Below are positions 10,379 through 20,532 of a DNA stretch of 64,000 bases, piece after piece. The translations under genes and the position numbers were made by a program. Within the stretch, counting starts at the first letter, position 1; each line of letters starts with the position of its first letter. The notes under the pieces are model-generated. The model did not search any database, was not told where the DNA came from, and saw only the letters and a program-made list of their open reading frames with translations. Source of the DNA: an uncultured bacterium (GTDB taxonomy: Bacteria > Zixibacteria > MSB-5A5 > JAABVY01 > JAHJOQ01); assembly GCA_965369655.1 (NCBI GenBank), contig CBDUQR010000011.1, forward strand, positions 1-64,000. Reading direction: 5' to 3'.

Positions 10379-11056
10379 TCAGAATGTAGCGTCTTTGATG
10401 AGCTTGTTCGTGGGCGACACCGTCGGAAGCACATAGTGCCTCATACTGCCGCTCCGGTTAACATTTCTGAGCATAGGGCTGTAATATCCATATGCCCCGA
10501 AGTCGCGCTTCTGCTGCCTGCTGAGTTGCTCAAAGAATCCGACATTGCGAGTTGTTGCCATCGAGTCAAACGATGCGTGGTCGAGGGCAAATCCTCTGAG
10601 AGCAGGGCGATACTCACCGGTGGAATGATAGCGATCAACAGTTCCACCCGGATTCTCCGCACTCATGGGCGCGAAAGCTGGAGTCGTTTCGACCGTGCCA
10701 CCGGGAACCAGGAATGTCAATGTCAGCACCATCGCGCCGACCACACCAACAGCCGGGGCGAACAACCTGCCCCAGTAAGAAAGTCCGCTGGGCGCTTTCC
10801 TGGGAAGATGCGCGGTCCGGACACGCTCACCGTTTGGAGCGTTATGGATTCTCTCGAACAGGCGCATGTTGAAATCGTCGGAGAGTTTGCGCTCCGGCAG
10901 ATGAAGCAGAGCCTGGTTTATCTGGCCTACGGATGCTTCCTGTTTCCGACAGGCGGGGCATTCTTCGAGATGTTGGGCGAGCCTCTCTCTCAGACTGTGC
11001 GAAAGCTCACCCTTAGAATAGGCCGAGAGTAAAGATCGAGCCTTTCGACAGTTCAT
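10379..11056 (-). CDS. zinc-finger (zf-HC2) anti-sigma factor
   Basis: HLEECPAC motif, TM helix, directly downstream of the ECF sigma. Confidence 0.85.
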   Translation of the reverse strand: MNCRKARSLLSAYSKGELSHSLRERLAQHLEECPACRKQEASVGQINQALLHLPERKLSDDFNMRLFERIHNAPNGERVRTAHLPRKAPSGLSYWGRLFAPAVGVVGAMVLTLTFLVPGGTVETTPAFAPMSAENPGGTVDRYHSTGEYRPALRGFALDHASFDSMATTRNVGFFEQLSRQQKRDFGAYGYYSPMLRNVNRSGSMRHYVLPTVSPTNKLIKDATF

Positions 11057-11642
11057 ACAACTCCTCCATATTCGGTTTCAACATGTTGCGAAGCATGTTG
11101 CGGGCACGGTTCACGCGAGACTTGACAGTCCCGAGCGGAACCGACAGTATCTGGGCTATCTCCTCATAAGAGAGTTGATCCAGGTCACGCAGGATGAACG
11201 CCTGACGATACTTCACCGGCAGCTTCGTCACGGCCTTATCCAGTATCTCTCTCAGTTTGGAGCTATTATCGACCTTTTCTTCAGGAGCCTTCAGTCTGTT
11301 CGAGAAATCAGCGATATCGAGAAACTGAACGCGTTTGCGGCGTCTTAGCTCATTCCGGGCAAGGTTGAGCGCTATCGTATAAATCCATGTCGAAACCGCG
11401 TATCGAAAATCGAATGACATCTTATGCAGATGAACGCGAATGAATGTCTCCTGAACAATATCTTCGGCAGTCTCAGAGGAATTCAGCATGCGCACGATCA
11501 CATTGTAAAGACGATTCTTGTATCGATCGACCAACGCGTTGAACGAGACCATGTCCCCCTTCTGGATCGCCTTCATCAACTCGTAATCGGGCATTTTATC
11601 GCGTTGCAGCAAATTCTTTCCCTTCGATCTTTTCTTCATCAT
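11013..11642 (-). CDS. ECF RNA polymerase sigma factor (RpoE/SigW-like)
   Basis: AEDIVQETF, STWIYTIA, LSYEEIA..LGTVKSRVNRAR; exact start uncertain. Confidence 0.92.
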   Translation of the reverse strand: MMKKRSKGKNLLQRDKMPDYELMKAIQKGDMVSFNALVDRYKNRLYNVIVRMLNSSETAEDIVQETFIRVHLHKMSFDFRYAVSTWIYTIALNLARNELRRRKRVQFLDIADFSNRLKAPEEKVDNSSKLREILDKAVTKLPVKYRQAFILRDLDQLSYEEIAQILSVPLGTVKSRVNRARNMLRNMLKPNMEELYELSKGSIFTLGLF

Positions 11643-11643
11643 G

Positions 11644-11671
11644 GTATACACTACCTCCACCTACAGGTTCC
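11644..11671 (-). promoter_or_regulatory. putative ECF-type autoregulatory promoter
   Basis: GGAACC-N16-GTATAC immediately upstream of the sigma ATG. Confidence 0.45.
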
Positions 11672-11729
11672 ACGAAACCTCTACCACCAGTATAACCAGC
11701 AACCGATGTGCCGCAAAGCAGAAACTGGA

Positions 11730-12929
11730 TCAGATCAGAGCCTTCAGGACAAGGCCGGCGATCATAATTGAAAGCGGCCCAACAAGATAGATATAGACAC
11801 GTGACAAGCGTGCTTTGAAGTAGCTCGCCGTAAGTACCAGACAAAAATGCAGCGGCGACAGCAGCACGCCCAAAAATCCAGCGGTGTAAGCTGTCGCGAC
11901 CCTGAGCAGGTCCACATCGTCCGGTCGCAGGAATGGCAACAGCGCTGGGTACGCGAGCGATACGAACGCGGGTGTGGCTCCTGAGATCAGGCCGATCACG
12001 AAAGGCAGGAAGAGTATCACCCAGATCGGATCTATCCCCGCAGCGGTGATCTCGGCGGCGACCTGGTAAGCAGCATTGCTGTCAATCAGCACCTGCTTGA
12101 AGATCATCACTGCAAATACAAACGAAGTGTATTCGAGCGTCACCGATTGTTTCAGCCCTCGAATCATCACCGCACCTGAAAAGCGAGAAATGAGAATGAA
12201 CAGCAGCAGCGACGCCGGAACAGACAGATAGAGATCAACTCCGCAGATCAGGCTGAGAAATACGGCCAGAAATATCGGCCAGAGCGCCATGAAAACCGCC
12301 CTGCCATTGTACACAATACCGTTCACAGATTCTGAAACCAGCTTCCCGAGCGGAATCAGAAGAAATGCGATTCCTCCGACGATCATCCCGATCGACATCG
12401 GCCACTGAGCGCCCACGACCGTCGAAGCATCGATTTCGAGTATGGATGCCGACAGTATGATCCCAGGATAGAGCGGCCAGATATACTCCAGCACATGACG
12501 GAACCAGTAGTTGATGGCAGCAAGTTTCCGCCGCGCAATGCCGGTCCTGCGCCCTGATTCATCGACAAGCGGCGCGGATAAAAGCGCTCCGCCCGGCATC
12601 GGCAAAAGCCCGATCAGTGCGGGCAGAATCGCCATCGAAGCCCTCTTGGAGTGCAACAGCGACTCGACCGCCCCGGTTAATCCCGATGCGAGTCCCGATT
12701 CTTTGAGCAATGAGCCAAGGAGCGTAACTGACATCAGTATCACGAATAGCTCCCACGTCTCACGAGCTGCAAAACCTTTCCAGATAGAATCTGTAAGCGG
12801 CCCGGGACTCATCGAGAAAATAAATCCGGCGATGACGCTCCCGATCGCTATCGAAAACCCTATCTTGATTTTCAGTCTGGTCAGGGTCAGGATGATCCCG
12901 AAGAGGAGTACAAGCTTGAGGCTGGCCAT
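11730..12929 (-). CDS. DUF401 family membrane protein
   Basis: Polytopic; IGLLPMPGGALLSAP, NYWFRH, LSPLHFC motifs. Confidence 0.82.
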   Translation of the reverse strand: MASLKLVLLFGIILTLTRLKIKIGFSIAIGSVIAGFIFSMSPGPLTDSIWKGFAARETWELFVILMSVTLLGSLLKESGLASGLTGAVESLLHSKRASMAILPALIGLLPMPGGALLSAPLVDESGRRTGIARRKLAAINYWFRHVLEYIWPLYPGIILSASILEIDASTVVGAQWPMSIGMIVGGIAFLLIPLGKLVSESVNGIVYNGRAVFMALWPIFLAVFLSLICGVDLYLSVPASLLLFILISRFSGAVMIRGLKQSVTLEYTSFVFAVMIFKQVLIDSNAAYQVAAEITAAGIDPIWVILFLPFVIGLISGATPAFVSLAYPALLPFLRPDDVDLLRVATAYTAGFLGVLLSPLHFCLVLTASYFKARLSRVYIYLVGPLSIMIAGLVLKALI

Positions 12930-13025
12930 CTAAATCCCTTGCGTCAAAAGGCCGTAAGATATATCATTGCGCGAGTTGCGAGCAAGGGAAATACTGCGGG
13001 AACCATCCCGGAAAGGCGCTGTGCG

Positions 13026-13538
13026 ATGGAGTTGATAGAAATAATCAGGCGACGAAGATCGATCAGAACATACGAGGACAAGAAAGTAGAAAGAGAGTTA
13101 TTGGTGAGGGTCCTCGATGCGGGACGACTCGCGCCATCGGCAAGGAATCTTCAGGACTGGAAATTCATCGTCGTTCGAGATCTCGATATGCGGACCAAAG
13201 TCGCCCACGCATGCAAGAGCGAGGATTTCGTCAAAGAAGCGCCTGTAATCATAGCTGCGTGCGGCACCAAGCCGGAATACGTTATGAGCTGTGGACAGAA
13301 AGCCTACCCGATAGACGTATCGATTGCCCTGACCCACATGATGCTCCGCGCAGAAGATCTCGGTCTCGGAACCTGCTGGCTCGGCGCATTCAACGAGAAG
13401 AAAATCAAAGAGCTGCTCAGAGTCCCGAATGAAGTCAGGATCGTGGCGCTCCTCACTCTCGGCTATTCGAGATTCCAGCCGCAACTCAAGAGCCGCAAGT
13501 CTCTCGATGAAGTGATCTGCTACGACCGATGGAGGTAA
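13026..13538 (+). CDS. nitroreductase family protein
   Basis: RRSIRTY, APSARNLQDW, GLGTCWLG. Confidence 0.9.
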   Translation: MELIEIIRRRRSIRTYEDKKVERELLVRVLDAGRLAPSARNLQDWKFIVVRDLDMRTKVAHACKSEDFVKEAPVIIAACGTKPEYVMSCGQKAYPIDVSIALTHMMLRAEDLGLGTCWLGAFNEKKIKELLRVPNEVRIVALLTLGYSRFQPQLKSRKSLDEVICYDRWR

Positions 13539-13829
13539 TCATTTTGTGCGCGGACACGCGCTGCGCCCAATAAATGTGCGTGGATTCCCATCCCCGTCAC
13601 CGGCGAAAACAGACGCGAATACTGCCAACTCGCAACATTCACTCCTGCAACCGCTTCCACAGAGCGATTGATTTGCGTTACTATTTCCCCCAAGCGGGCG
13701 TTTGGCAGACAAGTTGCTTTAACAACGAGCGATGAAAGACTCAAGAGCAGGAGAGGCAAAGTTTTAATTGACTGTCCTTGTTAGTTCCAATAGGTTTTTA
13801 CTGGAAGAATATAAGGACAGGAGGCACGG

Positions 13830-14657
13830 ATGCCGGTAAAATCAATACTTCTGGTCGTTCTGATGATGATTTCAAGCGTTTCAGCACAAACTCGGCCCCC
13901 AGATGATAGGCCGATCACAGCCCCGGCGGGTTCCCTTCCACCGAGGATTCTGACGGATTGCCCGACGGCCGCTACTCTGCCGAGAGCCAGTTTCGACATC
14001 CATGTCCGCGACTTCTCGGGCGGCGGACTACTGGGTGCGATCAATGTCGGGCTGCACCAGCGTTTCATGCTCGGGGTATCGTATGGCGGTACTGCTGTAT
14101 TAGGCGAATCAAAGGCAACCTGGCAGGACCACCCGGAGTTTGAGGTCAAGTACCAGATAATTTCAGAGACTTACACCGTCCCGGCGGTGAGTGTGGGCAT
14201 CGCGTCACAGGGTTACGGACCATATCTCGCTGATTTCGACAGGTACACGTATAAGTCGAGGGGCTTCTATGCCGTCGTATCGAAAGCATATCAGACTTAC
14301 ACATGGGCAACCGGATTCCATGGCGGCATGAACTACAGCCTTGAACACACAGGCGATCACGATTCAAGTCCCAATTTCTTCTTCGGTTTCGACATGAACA
14401 TCAACCAGGACGTCGCGATCATCGCCGAATACGACCTTGCTCTCAACGACGACAACGGGGATGCTTCTTTCGAGGACGACGAAGGAAATACCATGAATTA
14501 CGGCGGCAAGGGCCGAGGGTATCTGAATGTCGGACTCAGATGGATATTCATGCAGCGACTCGAACTTGGAATCGATCTGAAGAACCTGTTCAATAACAGA
14601 AGAGATGTAAACCAGTTTTCGCGCGAACTGCGCATCAGCTATTACGAGTTTTTCTGA
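13830..14657 (+). CDS. YjbH-like outer membrane beta-barrel protein
   Basis: Signal peptide, PTAATL, GYLNVGLRW, C-terminal F; SD AGGAGG. Confidence 0.6.
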   Translation: MPVKSILLVVLMMISSVSAQTRPPDDRPITAPAGSLPPRILTDCPTAATLPRASFDIHVRDFSGGGLLGAINVGLHQRFMLGVSYGGTAVLGESKATWQDHPEFEVKYQIISETYTVPAVSVGIASQGYGPYLADFDRYTYKSRGFYAVVSKAYQTYTWATGFHGGMNYSLEHTGDHDSSPNFFFGFDMNINQDVAIIAEYDLALNDDNGDASFEDDEGNTMNYGGKGRGYLNVGLRWIFMQRLELGIDLKNLFNNRRDVNQFSRELRISYYEFF

Positions 14658-14673
14658 TGGCGGGAGGTGAGCC

Positions 14674-15168
14674 GTGCAATTGAGAGCCTTTGTTCTTCGT
14701 TCCATAGCAGCGCTGATACTTCTCAGTGTGAGCGGTTGCTACACGGTATTCCGGACACAGACATTAGACGGCAGGATTCCTGCGGGAGTCTCAGAGCGCG
14801 AGCTTGATGAATCAAGCAGCGACATGGCGTTCGACACATACGAACACGAGCGCTGGAGATTCTATCTCTCCTGTCCCTGGTGGTACCAGTCAATCTGGTG
14901 CGAAAGTGATTACTACGACGATGGATATCAGGGCGACGAAGTTACTCTCGAAGAGGCGCCTCCGGCATATTCCCCGCCAATCGATGGGATAGGAATTCCG
15001 AGCCCGCCACCAGCATACGCCCCGCCTGTATATGCACCGGTAGCACCGGCGACTGGCACTGATGTCAAATACAAATCAGAAGAATCGAATCCTGATCCGC
15101 CTGAAAAAGACAGCAAGCCCAAGCCTCCTCACAAACCATCTCGAAGAACCAATGGAGGCGATCAATGA
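14674..15168 (+). CDS. putative lipoprotein with Pro-rich tail
   Basis: Lipobox VSGC; SD GGAGG; ATGA overlap with the next gene. Confidence 0.65.
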   Translation: MQLRAFVLRSIAALILLSVSGCYTVFRTQTLDGRIPAGVSERELDESSSDMAFDTYEHERWRFYLSCPWWYQSIWCESDYYDDGYQGDEVTLEEAPPAYSPPIDGIGIPSPPPAYAPPVYAPVAPATGTDVKYKSEESNPDPPEKDSKPKPPHKPSRRTNGGDQ

Positions 15169-16439
15169 AAAATCTCAAGCATCTCGTACTTGCCGTAGCA
15201 TCACTCATACTGATGATGACATCGACGGGATTATGCGATAACGCCCCGGCGATCGTGGAGAATTCCGCAGGCAACTTCTTCGGTATCGGTGCGCGTGGAC
15301 TTGGCATGGGTGGCGCACAGATCGCAGCAGGTATGGACGGCACTGCGCTCGTTTACAATCCGGCGTTGCTCGCACGGATACGAAGGACGGAACTGCTGGC
15401 AGGGATGTCACACCAAAAGCTCTCCAACGATCAGAACACATTGGGCGGTACGTCAAGCGGATCGATATTTGACGGCAGATCGAAATCGTTTACGAGACTC
15501 AACGCCATCAACATCACAATTCCGGTACCGACCTACAGAGGCTCGGCTGTGATAGCGTTTGGAGTCAACAGAGTCATGTCATTCGATCACATATTTCAAT
15601 CCGACCAGGACCTGTGTCCGGGATGGAGGAGAGATACCGAGATAGAGACTGGAGGAATTTACCTGTGGACTGCCGGCGGTGCAATGGACATCTCGCCTCG
15701 CGTATCGGTAGGTCTCTCGCTGAACCTGTATCACGGCGACGATGACTACACGTGGAACTTCTCAGTATCGGGTGGTGACGGTGTTGATTCTCCGTTCGAT
15801 TCATCTCTGTATGTCAATGCGGGCTACACCGCAGTGTCGGCGAAGGCAGGACTTGTCGCCGCAGTCAACCGGAATCTCTCGATCGGCGCAGTTGTCGAAT
15901 CACCGATTGCGTTTGAAATCGAAGGGGAGTACTCGTGGCAGGACTGGTACTATCCGGAGTATTACGAGTACGAATTGCGTCATCCATTCACAGTCGGTAT
16001 CGGCGCCACGGCACGATTTGACAGGCTTCAACTGGCAGCCGATATTCACTATACCGACTGGACCCAAATGGAATACACGGAACATGAATACTACACTCTC
16101 GAAAACAGGCTCATCGGCGATTACTATCGCGACGTTGTGAAGCTCAACATCGGCGCAGAGTACTTACTGCCTCAATTCGGAGCCAAGCTCAGAGTCGGTT
16201 ACATGTATGACCCGTTGCCGTTCGCTGATTTTCTCGTGAAGAACGAACGGGATTTCATCACATTCGGCGTTGGATTTCTGATCGACAGAGTGATGACACT
16301 CGATATAGCATACGTGAGAGGATCATACGAGTACACCCTTCCGGCACCGGATACGGATGGGTTTTTCGATCTTCGCACCGCGACGTTCGAGGAGTACACC
16401 AATAATCGAGTTTACGTAACTACAGCATTCAGGCTGTAG
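15165..16439 (+). CDS. OmpP1/FadL family outer membrane transporter
   Basis: GARGLGMGGA, YNPALL N-terminal hatch motifs. Confidence 0.78.
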   Translation: MKNLKHLVLAVASLILMMTSTGLCDNAPAIVENSAGNFFGIGARGLGMGGAQIAAGMDGTALVYNPALLARIRRTELLAGMSHQKLSNDQNTLGGTSSGSIFDGRSKSFTRLNAINITIPVPTYRGSAVIAFGVNRVMSFDHIFQSDQDLCPGWRRDTEIETGGIYLWTAGGAMDISPRVSVGLSLNLYHGDDDYTWNFSVSGGDGVDSPFDSSLYVNAGYTAVSAKAGLVAAVNRNLSIGAVVESPIAFEIEGEYSWQDWYYPEYYEYELRHPFTVGIGATARFDRLQLAADIHYTDWTQMEYTEHEYYTLENRLIGDYYRDVVKLNIGAEYLLPQFGAKLRVGYMYDPLPFADFLVKNERDFITFGVGFLIDRVMTLDIAYVRGSYEYTLPAPDTDGFFDLRTATFEEYTNNRVYVTTAFRL

Positions 16440-16494
16440 ATATCCCTTCAAGGACACGGGCGGAATGGCGCAAACCTCTGCGTCGTTCCGCTCG

Positions 16495-17232
16495 TTACAG
16501 TTTGTTCTTATCCCACTGAGAGAGTATATAAGATACGAAATCGAGAACTTTCTCTTTTACCTTGCCTGCGTATACGGTACCTTTTTCGGCATCGAAGTCG
16601 GGACGCCCCTCTCCCCTGTCGTTGTAAATACCGATCGATCCCGGATACGGGTAGACGTCGGCGGCTGCCTGATGCTCGTAGACAAGGTCCTCTGAATAGT
16701 AGCTGCTGTCGGCCAGCGCCGGATCTATCGACATGACATATCCGGTCTCATCGCAACCGGCGTGCCCTCCCTCGCCGCCGTAGACTTCCTTTGTCACGTC
16801 GGCGCAGAGCATCCACCAGTGGATGACCGCGACTTTCATCTCAAGCTCGTGACAGGCTTCTACGGCCGCATTCTTAAGTGCTGAGTTGTTGCCGCCATGT
16901 CCGTTGAGGATTATTACGCGTCTGAATTTATGATACTTGAACGATTTGATCAGGTCGAACACGTACTCTTCGAGATGCTGAGCCGTGACAGTCAGCGACC
17001 CGGGATAACCGAGCAGGCTTTTCGTCACGCCGTACCAGACAGGCGGCGCCAGTATTATATCCAGCTTGTCGCAGACATGTTCGCCGATGTCGACCGGGAT
17101 GAAACCATCGGTGCCGAGACACGCGGCGCCGTGCGCCTCTATCGTGCCGACTGGCAGGATGACAGCGTCCGTGACAGATGGCACCGTCTCTCGCACCTGT
17201 TGCCATAACATTCGTTCGAGTTTTCTCAGCAT
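16495..17232 (-). CDS. creatininase family protein
   Basis: LPVGTIEAHG, NGHGGN, GHAGCDET. Confidence 0.9.
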   Translation of the reverse strand: MLRKLERMLWQQVRETVPSVTDAVILPVGTIEAHGAACLGTDGFIPVDIGEHVCDKLDIILAPPVWYGVTKSLLGYPGSLTVTAQHLEEYVFDLIKSFKYHKFRRVIILNGHGGNNSALKNAAVEACHELEMKVAVIHWWMLCADVTKEVYGGEGGHAGCDETGYVMSIDPALADSSYYSEDLVYEHQAAADVYPYPGSIGIYNDRGEGRPDFDAEKGTVYAGKVKEKVLDFVSYILSQWDKNKL

Positions 17233-17253
17233 ATCAACCGCCTGTGTTGAGGA

Positions 17254-18006
17254 TCATTCGTGAAGATCCTTGAGAATCTGTTCGAGTACCTGCTCCGTGC
17301 GCATCGCCGACTTCTCATCGCCGACCATTCTGTATTGATTGATGTCGCGCACAAGGAACTCTAAGTCACCCGGCTGACGAAGATCGTACCACAGATCCAA
17401 CTCATCGAATTTCAAACCATCTTCATTGCAGACGGTCGTCACCTGCCTGTAGACAACACCATCGTCCGACCAGTCGACTTTGTCGAAAAGCTCCGGCAAT
17501 GGTTTGTTCATCGCAAAGAGATAGTAGCTTCCCTCGAGAGTTGGACCAATCACAAGATCAAATTTCGCAGCCCGTCTGAACGCGTTGGTGATTGTGCTCC
17601 GAGGAAGCGTCGGCGTGACACACCCGATCATCACAACCTGGTCATAGCCCTCATCAAACACACGCTTCGCCGCATTGTTGATCCGCTGTCCAACCGTATC
17701 ACCGACAGATTCCACGAGTTTGAAACGCTCGGAGGTCAGCGCCTTCAGCCTCTTGCCGGTCACATTCTCCTTCAACCCGTCGACAATTCTTTCGACTATC
17801 TCGCCGGTCGGACCGGGAATATAGGAAATCCTGATGCAGACATTGTCAAGACCTACGCAGTTGACAATCGTATCCTCGAGAAACGCGCCGTACAACTCAG
17901 CCTTCTGCTCATCGGTGAGGCTGTTCGTAAGCATATCCTGAACGCGACTTCGATTCCTGTCTTCGAAGAAAATTATAAGAGCTTTCTTGTTTTTCCTGGT
18001 CGCCAT
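17254..18006 (-). CDS. DUF2064 / TIGR04282-like glycosyltransferase-family protein
   Basis: AELYGAFLED, VIGPTLEGSYYL, WYDL..PGDL pattern. Confidence 0.75.
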   Translation of the reverse strand: MATRKNKKALIIFFEDRNRSRVQDMLTNSLTDEQKAELYGAFLEDTIVNCVGLDNVCIRISYIPGPTGEIVERIVDGLKENVTGKRLKALTSERFKLVESVGDTVGQRINNAAKRVFDEGYDQVVMIGCVTPTLPRSTITNAFRRAAKFDLVIGPTLEGSYYLFAMNKPLPELFDKVDWSDDGVVYRQVTTVCNEDGLKFDELDLWYDLRQPGDLEFLVRDINQYRMVGDEKSAMRTEQVLEQILKDLHE

Positions 18007-18149
18007 TTTTCGCCCTCAGTTTTGTCAGGCGCAAATATAAAGAGTCGCAGTACAGATTTCAACACCTTTCAATACAGTCTAACAAAAAACGAGTAGAAGA
18101 ATCAAGGCGAAGTATGAACACATCGCAGAAGTGAGTTGCTGCGTAAGAG

Positions 18150-18456
18150 CGTGTTGAAAAACCCATGAAGCTCAAAGGCTGCAACCGTCGTCATCACGAG
18201 GAGCGTAGCGACGTGGCGATCTCAGTTCATGCAACGGTGTGGTGTGGGCGGCAGATGTCCTCGTCTGCCCCATTGAGACCACAATTGCTGGAATGCGGCA
18301 GACCGGGAGGTCTGCCAGCCACGGGTGCTCATTTCACCTGCATGCGACATCACGTTCGTCACCCCTGCGAAGGCAGGGGTCCAGTCAAGTATTCAAGTCC
18401 GTACGATTTGCGTTTTTTGAATCTGGTTCTGGATTCCCGCCTGCGCAGGAATGACG
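18150..18456. repeat. mosaic of palindromic repeats (RPE-like, family A REP doublet, dRS3-like doublet)
   Basis: 18191-18227 and 18377-18456 match 8654-8691 and 8893-8972; inverted REP pair at 18244-18271 and 18295-18322. Confidence 0.78.
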
Positions 18457-18469
18457 CAGCATTCAACAG

Positions 18470-20377
18470 TCAGTTGATCTTTTTCATCTCGGCGATCATG
18501 TCCTCCGGTCCGACAACGCCACGGAGAGTCTTCCGGACTGTGCCATCAGAACCAAGCAACAATGTGGTGGGAAGTGAGAATTGCTTCAGGCCAAATCTGC
18601 TCTTGAAGTCTTTCGTGATCTCCGAATCCGATTTCTCGAGATGAATCTTGATTGGAACGAATCGTTCTGCTTCGGCGGCTACGTCCGGATTTCCGAAAGT
18701 CTTCTTGTCGAGCACCCTGCAGTTAGCACACCATGTAGCCCACGTATCGATCAGGACAGGCTTACCCTCCGCACGCGCTCGTGCAAGCCCGGCTTCGAGA
18801 TCGGTCTGCCACGATATTAGTTCATGCTCCTCCCCACCGGCTGCGGAGCCTGAAACCGGCAGCCAGTTCGATGCGGGAGGGAGGATAAGACCACTCGATA
18901 TGATTGTGCCGAGCAAAAGATATGTGCCCACGAGAAATGCGAGAATGCCGAGGAATTTCTTCAGGCGCAGGAACATGCCCGACTCGGGCGACAGTCGATC
19001 AAGTCCTCCACCAAAGACAGCGAACGCGAGCAGAAGAAGTCCGGTGAGAACAGCCGTCACTGTTGCGGGAATAATCGTACGCACGAAGTAGATCGCCATC
19101 AGCAACAGGACGAATCCAAAGAATTTCTTCACCGATTCCATCCACCCGCCAGCGCCCGGAAGGGAGCTTACCGCAGACGAGAACGTCCCGATGATCAGGA
19201 AGAGTGTTCCCAGCCCAAGTGCAAAGACAAACAGTACGAGAAACCCGAGGGCCGGTGATCCGCTCGTGGCCACATACAACAGTATGCCTGCAACGAACGG
19301 TCCTACACATGGCGAAACAACGAGTGCGGCCACGATTCCCAGGACGATCGATCCGACAACTCCGCCACCCCGCCCGGCTGAACCGAGCTTTGACTGGAGA
19401 GCAGCAGGCATCTGGAGATTGTACAGCCCGAACATCGACAGCGAGAACACGACGAACACAACCGCAATTCCGATAACGACCGGCGGACTCGACAGCCACG
19501 CCCCGAAGACTCCCCCCACAAGCGACACGATCAGTCCCATAATGCCGTACATGACCGCCATCGATCCGACATAGAAAAGTGAGAGCACGAATCCCTGCCA
19601 GAGGCTTCGCTCCCTGCCTGCGAACACGCTCACCGTGATCGGAATCATAGGATAGGTGCAGGGTGAGAACGAGAGCAGAAGACCGGTCACGAACGCAATA
19701 CCGAGCGCAGCGAGGTATCCCCAGAATCCGTGCTTGTCGATAAGCCTCTGGAGATCGCTTTCGGCCTCATCGTCTGCGGGGATCGGTTCGTCAGGAACGT
19801 CTTCGACTGTCGCGCCCGATCCAAACAATTCGGTATGGATCGCATGACCCTTTGCCCCAACCGTCACATCGAGCACGAGTTCTTCTGTCTCAGGAGCGAG
19901 GCACGACTTGTCGTCACACGGCTGATAACTGAAGCGAATCGGGAGAGTATACTCGCCGTCAGCTAAGCTGCTATCAATATCTATCTTGAATCGCACTAAC
20001 GTGCTGTCGCCAAAGACCGACATCCTCTCGTCCATCATGAGATCGGTCCCCGCCATCGGAAACACGATGCTGTGCGCCCTGATTCCTTCGATCGATTCGA
20101 TTTTCAGATCGGCGGGAATCAGCCAGCCCTGGTACGGCCTGTCTGAATTGATATGCCAGCCAGGCGCCATAGTGACCAGCACGGCTGCATCATAAGTAGA
20201 CCCGGCTTCAAGCGATGAAGTCGAGAGCAGCGGCATGAACGACACTACTTTCTCGGGAATCTCGGCAAATCCGCCGAAGAGATCATCGTCGGCAAATGCC
20301 AGCCCTCCGCCTGTCAACGATAGAGACACGGCGACGAATACTGCTACTAAAGTTGTCAGTACGATTCTCGAAAACAT
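18470..20377 (-). CDS. dsbD: thiol:disulfide interchange protein DsbD
   Basis: N-domain QPCDDKSC, TM FSPCTYP and SPCVGP, thioredoxin WCANC. Confidence 0.88.
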   Translation of the reverse strand: MFSRIVLTTLVAVFVAVSLSLTGGGLAFADDDLFGGFAEIPEKVVSFMPLLSTSSLEAGSTYDAAVLVTMAPGWHINSDRPYQGWLIPADLKIESIEGIRAHSIVFPMAGTDLMMDERMSVFGDSTLVRFKIDIDSSLADGEYTLPIRFSYQPCDDKSCLAPETEELVLDVTVGAKGHAIHTELFGSGATVEDVPDEPIPADDEAESDLQRLIDKHGFWGYLAALGIAFVTGLLLSFSPCTYPMIPITVSVFAGRERSLWQGFVLSLFYVGSMAVMYGIMGLIVSLVGGVFGAWLSSPPVVIGIAVVFVVFSLSMFGLYNLQMPAALQSKLGSAGRGGGVVGSIVLGIVAALVVSPCVGPFVAGILLYVATSGSPALGFLVLFVFALGLGTLFLIIGTFSSAVSSLPGAGGWMESVKKFFGFVLLLMAIYFVRTIIPATVTAVLTGLLLLAFAVFGGGLDRLSPESGMFLRLKKFLGILAFLVGTYLLLGTIISSGLILPPASNWLPVSGSAAGGEEHELISWQTDLEAGLARARAEGKPVLIDTWATWCANCRVLDKKTFGNPDVAAEAERFVPIKIHLEKSDSEITKDFKSRFGLKQFSLPTTLLLGSDGTVRKTLRGVVGPEDMIAEMKKIN

Positions 20378-20532
20378 ATCTGCAATTCCTCACTTCAATG
20401 ATGCCAGTCAGGCACCAGTGTATGTCAAGCAATATACGCTGCCGATTGCGAATGCACCACGACAGCAGGCGCGACATCATTCTATCGCATTCAAGATGAA
20501 TATAGCGAAATGAAACGGAAAGTCCCAGCGGA

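Noticed and set aside
13539-13829. 290-bp intergenic region as an ncRNA or tRNA
   Set aside because: No cloverleaf or known RNA motif seen
18165-18644. 159-aa ORF across the repeat mosaic
   Set aside because: Translation of palindromic repeats plus dsbD antisense
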